Sequence record: DRR378314_799
Strand: one strand, 5' to 3'
DNA: 64,000 bases
The notes under the pieces are model-generated. The model did no database searches. It was given only the letters and a program-made list of their open reading frames with translations, and was not told the DNA's origin. Each line of letters opens with the position of its first letter. Position 1 is the stretch's first letter. Both the position numbers and the translations under genes were made by a program. Of this stretch, positions 57,531 through 64,000 are shown in pieces.

Positions 57531-59678
57531 ATGAAGGCATTTGCCAGAAATTTCATAGCCACAGCGGTAGCATCCGCGCTGTTAAGCTCCGCTGCTGTAG
57601 CCGCACAAAACGAAGCTTCTGCTGAAGAAAACAAAGAAAAAGCAGGAACGCAGGAAAAGATTTTTGAACACATTAAAGTTACCGGTAGTTCTTTAGATCA
57701 GGCAACAACAGCTACTGGGTTACCGTTAACTCTGCGCCAGACACCCCAATCTATTTCTATTATTGACCGCACCTTTATAGACAGCTTCTCACTCGATACG
57801 GTTGCCGATGTGATGCAGTTTGCTCCGGGTATTCAGGCGCAACAGGCCGAAACTGACCGATTTTTCTTCCGTGCACGTGGCCGCGATGTGACCAACTTCC
57901 AATTTGACGGTGTGCCTATTGCATACAACAGCTTCTTTAGTGAAGCATTGGCGGACTCCGTTATTTTTGAACGCGTTGAAATTGTGCGTGGCGCGACAGG
58001 CTTGTTAACCGGTGCAGGAGAACCTTCTGCTGCCATTAACCTTATTCGTAAACGACCTAAAGCGGAAGATGGTGGTTATGCGAGCCTGGGGATTGGCTCC
58101 TGGAGTAACTACAGAGTAGAAGCTGACCACTCTCAAACTTTGTCTGAGGATGGAAACGTAAAAGGACGTGTTGCGCTTGCCTATGAAGAAGGTGACAGTT
58201 ACGTCAATTTGTCCGAAAAAGAAAACGCGCAAATTTACGCTGTTGTAACTGCTGATTTGACGACTCAAACACGTTTAACCATGGGCGCTGATTATAGCGA
58301 GCGTAACCCCAAAGGAAGTATGTGGGGTGCATTACCTCTGTTTTATGATGACGGTACGCAGGCTGATGATTTGCCAGTTAGTACGACAACAGCATCACCT
58401 TGGAATAGATGGGATAGAGAGAGTACCAGCGTATTCGTTCAGCTAGAGCATGCTTTTGATAACGGCTGGGATATTCAACTGGATGTTGAACGTCGTGAAG
58501 ATGATATGGACGGGTATCTTTTGTATTTCTCCGGTTTTCCAAACAAAGATACCGGACAAGGCTTAGGAACATCGCCGAATCATTATGTTGCTGAACGCGA
58601 GCAAACTTCCTATCGGTTTTTGGCGTCAGGTCCTTTCGAGCTATTTGGTCGTGAGCATCAATTAACCGCAGGTGCTCTGAGTTCTGAACAAAATGTTGAT
58701 TCCGTATCTTATAGCAGTGCTGATGCCATAGACGTGCCTAGTTTGTTTGACTGGGGGAACGGGGTCGATCCCATTAACTTTAGCGACACTCCAGCTTATG
58801 GAACGTATGAATCATATAAGCAAAAAGGGGTATACGCTGCAGCTCAATTGAGTTTAACGGATGACTTAACTGCTATTTTAGGTAATAGAATTACAACCTA
58901 TGACACTTTTGTAGAGTCACCCTGGTCGCCAAGCGATTATAAAAACTCAGGCGTTAACACCCCTTATTTTGGGCTGGTTTATGATGTCACAGATGTCATT
59001 TCAACTTATGCCAGCTACACGGAAATTTTTAAACCTCAAAGCGCGCGAAATGCAGAAAATGAACTCATCGGCCCGGTGGAAGGTTCAAACGCAGAATTGG
59101 GCGTTAAAGGCGACTTCTTTAATGAAGCTTTAACAGCCAGTGTTGCCGTCTTTAAAGTGAAAGAAGATAACCTAGCGATTAATGACCCCGATAACCCGGA
59201 TTTCCTACCAGGCACTACTATCCAGCCGTCTATCGGAGTTGATGGTGCCGAAAGTGAAGGTTATGAGTTTGAGTTAAATGGTAAGCCAACCGATTCACTG
59301 AATATTTTCTTCAGTTATACGCACAACGAGTCGGAAGATCGTGATGGTTCAGACTATGCGCCTTATTTACCCGAAGACATGGTGAAAGCCAGCGTACTTT
59401 ATACTGCCACAGATGCATTGAAAGTCGGTGTGAACGCTAACTGGCAGAGCAAAATATCGTCTAACCCAAATATCGGTCCAAATGGCGAAACCTTTACTCA
59501 GGACAGCTACACCGTCGTGAATGCCATGGCCAACTATAAGCTAAGCCAAAACTGGGATCTGAGCTTTAACGTCAACAACCTGTTCGATAAAAAGTACTAT
59601 TCCAGCATCGACTTTTATAATCAGGGCTTTTTCGGTGCTCCGCGTAATGTGGAACTGAGTGTTAAATACGCTTGGTAA
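57531..59678 (+). CDS. TonB-dependent siderophore receptor (FhuE/FpvA/FpvB-like)
   Basis: Signal peptide, EHIKVTG, TPQSISII, FERVEIVRGATGLLTG.G.PSA.INL.RKRP, NNLFDKKYY, FG.PRN...YAW; GGGAG RBS before 57531. Confidence 0.93.
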   Translation: MKAFARNFIATAVASALLSSAAVAAQNEASAEENKEKAGTQEKIFEHIKVTGSSLDQATTATGLPLTLRQTPQSISIIDRTFIDSFSLDTVADVMQFAPGIQAQQAETDRFFFRARGRDVTNFQFDGVPIAYNSFFSEALADSVIFERVEIVRGATGLLTGAGEPSAAINLIRKRPKAEDGGYASLGIGSWSNYRVEADHSQTLSEDGNVKGRVALAYEEGDSYVNLSEKENAQIYAVVTADLTTQTRLTMGADYSERNPKGSMWGALPLFYDDGTQADDLPVSTTTASPWNRWDRESTSVFVQLEHAFDNGWDIQLDVERREDDMDGYLLYFSGFPNKDTGQGLGTSPNHYVAEREQTSYRFLASGPFELFGREHQLTAGALSSEQNVDSVSYSSADAIDVPSLFDWGNGVDPINFSDTPAYGTYESYKQKGVYAAAQLSLTDDLTAILGNRITTYDTFVESPWSPSDYKNSGVNTPYFGLVYDVTDVISTYASYTEIFKPQSARNAENELIGPVEGSNAELGVKGDFFNEALTASVAVFKVKEDNLAINDPDNPDFLPGTTIQPSIGVDGAESEGYEFELNGKPTDSLNIFFSYTHNESEDRDGSDYAPYLPEDMVKASVLYTATDALKVGVNANWQSKISSNPNIGPNGETFTQDSYTVVNAMANYKLSQNWDLSFNVNNLFDKKYYSSIDFYNQGFFGAPRNVELSVKYAW

Positions 59679-59701
59679 ACACATAAAACTTGACCTGGAA
59701 G

Positions 59702-59728
59702 AGGCTGTGCTTTTGCACGGCCTTTTTT
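59702..59728 (+). terminator. Intrinsic terminator
   Basis: AGGCTGTGC-TTTT-GCACGGCCT followed by a T run. Confidence 0.8.
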
Positions 59729-59858
59729 GTGCCTAAATTTTGACACTGTTATTTTGTAACATTACTTGTCTGATTATTGACAAGTTTCGGTAAGACTATG
59801 ACTATAGCTTTTATTAGAGGTTATTGTTCCCTCCCTAACAATTAACAGAAGAGACACT

Positions 59859-62024
59859 ATGAAAAAGTTATTGATTGCTTTGTCTGTAGTCAGCTGTTTT
59901 GCTGCAGCCGATGAAGGTATGTGGATGCCTAAACAGTTGCCGGAAATTGCCGATAAGCTGAAGGCGGCAGGTCTGACTATTGACCCTAATGATATTTCTA
60001 AATTAACTGAGTTTCCCGCTGCTGCCATTGTCAGCCTGGGTGGTTGTTCGGCCTCGTTTGTGTCACCAGACGGGTTAGTAGCAACCAACCATCATTGCGC
60101 TTACAACAGCATTGCTCATAACTCGACGCCAGAGAACGACTTGCTCGCTAATGGCTTTTTAGCCAAGGATTTAGATGCAGAAGTACCGGCGGCACCGGGC
60201 AGCCGCATTTTTGTGACTAAAGCGGTCGATGAAGTCACTAATAAGGTGATTGATGCCAAGGTAACCGAGTTAACCGGCAAAGCGCGTCTGGACGCGATAG
60301 AAGATAACCAGAAAGCTTTGGTAGCAGAGTGTGAAGAGGACGAAGGGCATCGTTGCACGGTAGCTGCATACTACGGCAGCCTCGAGTATTACCTTATTAA
60401 GCAACTGGAAATTAAGGATGTTCGCTTAGTCCATGCACCGGCAAGTGGTGTGGGCAAATTTGGCGGCGACACCGATAACTGGATGTGGCCACGTCATACT
60501 GGCGACTACAGCTTTTTACGCGCCTATGTCAGCCCGGAAGGTGAGTCAGCGGATTACAGCGAAGACAACGTACCTTATAAACCGGATTACCACTTAACGA
60601 TAGCCAGTGAAGGCCTGGAAGAAGGTGATTTTGTTATGGCTCTGGGGTATCCGGGCCGCACGAACCGTCACCGCCTGCCGTCTGAAGTAAAAGAAACCTT
60701 TGAATGGAGCTATCCTAAAACAGTTGAACAGTTTCAGGATTCACTGGACATTATTGCCCGGGAAACAGCCGACGATAAAGATGCGGAGCTCAAGTACGCC
60801 AGCCGTGTTGCTGGCCTGAACAATTACCTGAAAAACCGTCAGGGTATGCTGGACAGCTTTGCGAACAGCGACTTGCTGGAACGTAAGCAACAGGAACATA
60901 AAGAGCTGACTGAGTGGGTAAACGGCGACCGTACGAAAAAAGCGTTGTATGCCGATGGGCTTAATACAATTGATACGTTGCTACAGCAGCGCCATAAGAA
61001 AAGTCGTGCTGATTACCAGCTAAATAATGCAACGCCGCGCTTGCTTTCTGTTGCCCGCGCTGTTCACCGTTTGGCTCAGGAAGGCACCAAGCCTGATGCA
61101 GAGCGTAAAGCCGGTTATCAGGAACGTGATGTTCCACGCTTCCAGTCATACCTGGCCGGTATGGACAGAAATTTTGACGCTAAGGTTGAGAAGGCATTAG
61201 ATCTGCACAATCTGAGCAGCTACATGGCACAGCCTAAGTCAGAGCGCGATGCCGCTTTCGATAAAGCTATGGGTCTGCGTGATGGCATGAGCAACGACGA
61301 GTTAAGCGCGTTAATTGATGGTTGGTATGAAAGCACTAGCTTACTTGACCGAGATAACCGTATGGCGTTACTGGAGTTTGACCCGGAACAGTTTGAGCAA
61401 AGCGAAGATCCGTTCGTTAAAGCCGCTGTCGCACTTTATCCTTCCGATTTAGAAGATGAGAAAAAGAGCGAAGAACTTTCCGGTAAAATTCAGCAAGCCT
61501 ACGCTGACTACATGCGCGCAAAAATTGCCTTTATGCAAAGTAAAGGAGAGGCGGTGTACCCTGATGCGAACAGCACGCTGAGAATTACCTATGGTAACGT
61601 TGCAGGCCGCGACCATGGTACCGAAGACGGTAATGCCTGGGCACCTTTTACTACCTTGCGTGGTGTAACAGAAAAAGCCACTGGTGAAGGGGAGTTTAAT
61701 GCGCCGGAAGAACAACTGAAGGCGATTGAAGCGGGTGACTTCGGTCCTTATGAAAAAGCGGATTTAAATTCTGTACCTGTGAACTACCTTGCCACTTTGG
61801 ATATTACCGGTGGTAATTCAGGTTCTGCGGTTTTAAACCATAAAGGCGAGTTTGTCGGCCTGGCTTTTGACGGCACGCTGGATTCCATTATTTCCGATTG
61901 GGATTTCAACCTGGAGAACACCCGTTCTATTCAGGTGGATACTCGCTACATGCTGTGGCAGATGGAATACGTTGACCATGCGGATAATCTGCTGAAAGAG
62001 CTGGGTGTTAGTACAAGCCAGTAG
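59859..62024 (+). CDS. Peptidase family S46 (DPP7/DPP11-like dipeptidyl peptidase)
   Basis: ADEGMW, GCSASFVS..GL..TNHHC, DNWMWPRHTGD, YPDANSTLR.TYG, DITGGNSGS, AFDG. Confidence 0.95.
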   Translation: MKKLLIALSVVSCFAAADEGMWMPKQLPEIADKLKAAGLTIDPNDISKLTEFPAAAIVSLGGCSASFVSPDGLVATNHHCAYNSIAHNSTPENDLLANGFLAKDLDAEVPAAPGSRIFVTKAVDEVTNKVIDAKVTELTGKARLDAIEDNQKALVAECEEDEGHRCTVAAYYGSLEYYLIKQLEIKDVRLVHAPASGVGKFGGDTDNWMWPRHTGDYSFLRAYVSPEGESADYSEDNVPYKPDYHLTIASEGLEEGDFVMALGYPGRTNRHRLPSEVKETFEWSYPKTVEQFQDSLDIIARETADDKDAELKYASRVAGLNNYLKNRQGMLDSFANSDLLERKQQEHKELTEWVNGDRTKKALYADGLNTIDTLLQQRHKKSRADYQLNNATPRLLSVARAVHRLAQEGTKPDAERKAGYQERDVPRFQSYLAGMDRNFDAKVEKALDLHNLSSYMAQPKSERDAAFDKAMGLRDGMSNDELSALIDGWYESTSLLDRDNRMALLEFDPEQFEQSEDPFVKAAVALYPSDLEDEKKSEELSGKIQQAYADYMRAKIAFMQSKGEAVYPDANSTLRITYGNVAGRDHGTEDGNAWAPFTTLRGVTEKATGEGEFNAPEEQLKAIEAGDFGPYEKADLNSVPVNYLATLDITGGNSGSAVLNHKGEFVGLAFDGTLDSIISDWDFNLENTRSIQVDTRYMLWQMEYVDHADNLLKELGVSTSQ

Positions 62025-62050
62025 TTATTATTTAACGTATTAGCTATAGC

Positions 62051-62089
62051 AAAACCACCATCGTTAATTTTTAGCGATGGTGGTTTTTT
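62051..62089. terminator. Intrinsic (possibly bidirectional) terminator
   Basis: AAAACCACCATCGTTAA-TTT-TTAGCGATGGTGGTTTTTT. Confidence 0.8.
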
Positions 62090-62157
62090 GTTGTACTGGC
62101 AGAAGGCGACCAGGAAGAATAAGATGGTCGCAAAATAGCGTTGTAAAAGTTGATGGT

Positions 62158-63021
62158 ATGCCAATAACAAAAATGTCCGCCTTACGTTGCCCGATAGAGC
62201 ACTCACCTTTGCAGTTGGTGGATGGCAGCTGGCGCTGTGAAAATGGTCACAGCTATGATGTGGCTAAACAGGGCTACGTAAATTTGTTGCCGGTGCAGAA
62301 TAAGCGCTCGAAAGACCCGGGCGACAGCAAAGCCATGGTGCAGGCACGGCGGGAGTTTCTGGAACAGGGTTATTATGAACCACTGGCGCAGGTTCTGGCT
62401 GATACTGTGTTAGCACAGGGCGAGCAGGCCGTGCTCGATGCCGGTTGCGGCGAAGGCTACTACCTACGTTACCTGGTTGAGCAGGCGGAACAAAACGGTA
62501 CTGATTTATGCATGGCCGCTCTGGATATTTCAAAATGGGCAGTGCAGGCTGCGGCAAAACGCGATAAACGCCTGAGCTGGATGGTCGCTTCCAATAACTC
62601 TATTCCACTGGACGATAACAGTGTCGATACCATTTTGTGCGTGTTTGGCTTCCCTGTCGAAGCTGAATTTAAGCGAGTTCTAAAGCCCGGCGGGCGGCTA
62701 ATTATGGTAGACCCGGCTGGTGATCACCTAAAAGAGCTAAAAGCCATTATTTATTCTGAGATAAAAAGTAAAAATGAGACCTTACCGATAACCGCCTCCG
62801 AATTTGAACTGATTTCCGAACAACGAGAGACTTTTCCGGTATCACTGACATCGAATGAAGCCATAAAAGATTTACTGACTATGACTCCGCACCTATACCG
62901 AAGTAACGCTGAAGGGCGTGAAGAAGCGAAGAGGCTCGAAGCTCTTGATTTGACGGCGGATATTTGGATACGTGTTTTTAGCTACTCAAGCGAGTATTCG
63001 ATAACTATAAAGGGTAAATGA
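62158..63021 (+). CDS. rlmA: RlmA-like rRNA (guanine-N1)-methyltransferase
   Basis: C.NGHSYD.AKQGYVNLL, PGDSK.MV.ARR.FL..G.Y, LDAGCGEGYY, DISK, RVLKPGG, LL.MTP; start 62158 or 62173. Confidence 0.85.
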   Translation: MPITKMSALRCPIEHSPLQLVDGSWRCENGHSYDVAKQGYVNLLPVQNKRSKDPGDSKAMVQARREFLEQGYYEPLAQVLADTVLAQGEQAVLDAGCGEGYYLRYLVEQAEQNGTDLCMAALDISKWAVQAAAKRDKRLSWMVASNNSIPLDDNSVDTILCVFGFPVEAEFKRVLKPGGRLIMVDPAGDHLKELKAIIYSEIKSKNETLPITASEFELISEQRETFPVSLTSNEAIKDLLTMTPHLYRSNAEGREEAKRLEALDLTADIWIRVFSYSSEYSITIKGK

Positions 63022-63107
63022 CTACGTACGTTTAAGTGATTTGATAAGGCATAATCATTTAGTTCCTCCTAAGCTTTGTTTCTTTGAAAAGTACGGAAAC
63101 TAAAAGC

Positions 63108-63344
63108 ATGCCAACAATACTAAGGATTGGTGCTTATCGTTTTTTCTTTTATAGTAATGAAAGCGGTGAGCCTCCGCACATTCATGTGCAGCGAGATAAT
63201 AAACTGGCAAAGTTTTGGCTGAAGCCTGTTTTAATGAGCAGTTCGGTAGGCTTCTCATCGTTTGAGCTGAGGCGCATAAACAGAATTGTAGTTCAACACA
63301 GAGAAGAGCTTCTGGAGGCTTGGGATGAATACTTTAGAAATTGA
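63108..63344 (+). CDS. DUF4160 family protein (putative TA component)
   Basis: MPTILRIGAYRFFFYSNE..EPPHIHV, AKFWL.P, L.EAW.EYF. Confidence 0.82.
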   Translation: MPTILRIGAYRFFFYSNESGEPPHIHVQRDNKLAKFWLKPVLMSSSVGFSSFELRRINRIVVQHREELLEAWDEYFRN

Positions 63345-63564
63345 TCGCCATCCTGTTGCAGTGAATGTATCTGTTACCGAGGCAACGCTTGAAGTCGAGT
63401 TGGCTGATGGGCGTAAAATTTCTGTACCTATAGTCTGGTTTCCCCGTTTGGAAGCCGCCTCAGAAGAAGAGCGTAGCGATTGGCAACTATTGGGAAATGG
63501 TCAGGGCATCCATTGGCCGCAACTGGATGAAGATATTAGTGTGCGAGGGCTTTTAAGCGCCTAA
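63325..63564 (+). CDS. DUF2442 family protein (putative TA partner)
   Basis: L.V.LADGR.ISVP..WFPRL..AS..ER..W.L.G.G.GIHWP.LDEDISV.GLL. Confidence 0.85.
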   Translation: MNTLEIDRHPVAVNVSVTEATLEVELADGRKISVPIVWFPRLEAASEEERSDWQLLGNGQGIHWPQLDEDISVRGLLSA

Positions 63565-63567
63565 AAC

Positions 63568-64000
63568 ATGCGAGCAGTTATCCATTCGACAATAATCACA
63601 ATATCTAAGGCTGAATGGAACTCTTTATTTGGGAGTGATTACCCTTTTACTTGTTACGATTTTCTGCTGGCACTTGAACAGGGTGGCAGTCTTGGGCTGC
63701 AGCGCGGCTGGTTGCCGCAATATGCTGTTGTTTATGATGATAATGACACCATGGTTGCGGCTATGCCGTGGTTTAAGAAAACGCATTCCTATGGTGAGTA
63801 TCTGTTCGACTGGGCCTTCGCCGAAGCCTTTGAGCGCTATGGTTTTCAATATTACCCCAAGCTGATTAACGCCATACCTTTTACCCCATGTCAGGGACCG
63901 CGTTTGGCTATTAGCGAGGGTGTTAACCGCGGCGAAATGTTGTCCATTATTGAGTCGGAGTTGTTAAAGCAACATGACGTCAGTAACTTGCAGAGTTTGT
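63568..64000 (+). CDS. DUF482/FemAB-like GNAT-family protein, truncated by the window end; absent from the ORF track
   Basis: Hand translation MRAVIHST...WNSL...YPF..YDFL.ALE..G...GWLPQ...AAMPWFKKTHSYGEYLFDWAFAEAF...YYPKL..AIPFTP..GPRL. Confidence 0.85.
   Translation, partial: MRAVIHSTIITISKAEWNSLFGSDYPFTCYDFLLALEQGGSLGLQRGWLPQYAVVYDDNDTMVAAMPWFKKTHSYGEYLFDWAFAEAFERYGFQYYPKLINAIPFTPCQGPRLAISEGVNRGEMLSIIESELLKQHDVSNLQSL

Noticed and set aside
62077-62157. N-terminal extension of the RlmA-like ORF
   Set aside because: The upstream start lies inside the terminator hairpin; family similarity begins near 62158-62173.
1660-62557. The many 60-190 aa antisense or alternate-frame ORFs nested in larger genes (e.g. 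14651..15211, 11153..11557, 42554..42955)
   Set aside because: They lie within well-supported genes and show no recognisable domain; they are expected shadow ORFs.
63625-63865. Two short ORF-track calls at the window end
   Set aside because: They are shadow frames of the DUF482-like gene starting at 63568.
1-64000. CRISPR array, rRNA, tRNA, IS element or prophage
   Set aside because: No regularly spaced repeats, structural RNA signatures, transposase or phage structural genes were seen; intergenic gaps are short.

Overview
Gene-dense gammaproteobacterial chromosome segment. Gene order and protein style suggest a marine Alteromonadales member such as Idiomarina; this is inference, not verified. 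0-16 kb is conserved housekeeping: cytochrome b561-yceI, hemC-hemD-hemX-hemY, lptM(yifL)-lysA-dapF-yigA-xerC-yigB, uvrD with a LexA box, osmC, rarD, yigI, recQ. 16-31 kb holds signalling, stress and transport genes: a doubly degenerate GGDEF-EAL sensor, Hsp20 with a sigma32-like promoter and ROSE-like leader, MscS, an ABC exporter, DUF885, a diguanylate cyclase, LysE and a lone glycosyltransferase. 31-40 kb is a GC-richer recC-recB-recD operon. From the recD stop to about 52.8 kb lies an integrase-less defence-like region: an McrB/DUF2357-McrC-type pair with no methyltransferase, four type II toxin-antitoxin pairs each with a palindromic operator candidate, a solo HTH gene behind a perfect 24-bp palindrome, and an HD-family dGTPase coupled to a ZIP-like transporter. 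53-60 kb is a Fur-box-associated iron uptake module (two TonB-dependent receptors plus FpvG/FpvH-like genes). The end holds an S46 peptidase, an RlmA-like methyltransferase, a DUF4160/DUF2442 pair and a truncated DUF482 gene. No rRNA, tRNA, CRISPR array, IS or prophage was seen. All family calls come from motif recognition by eye; no database search was run.
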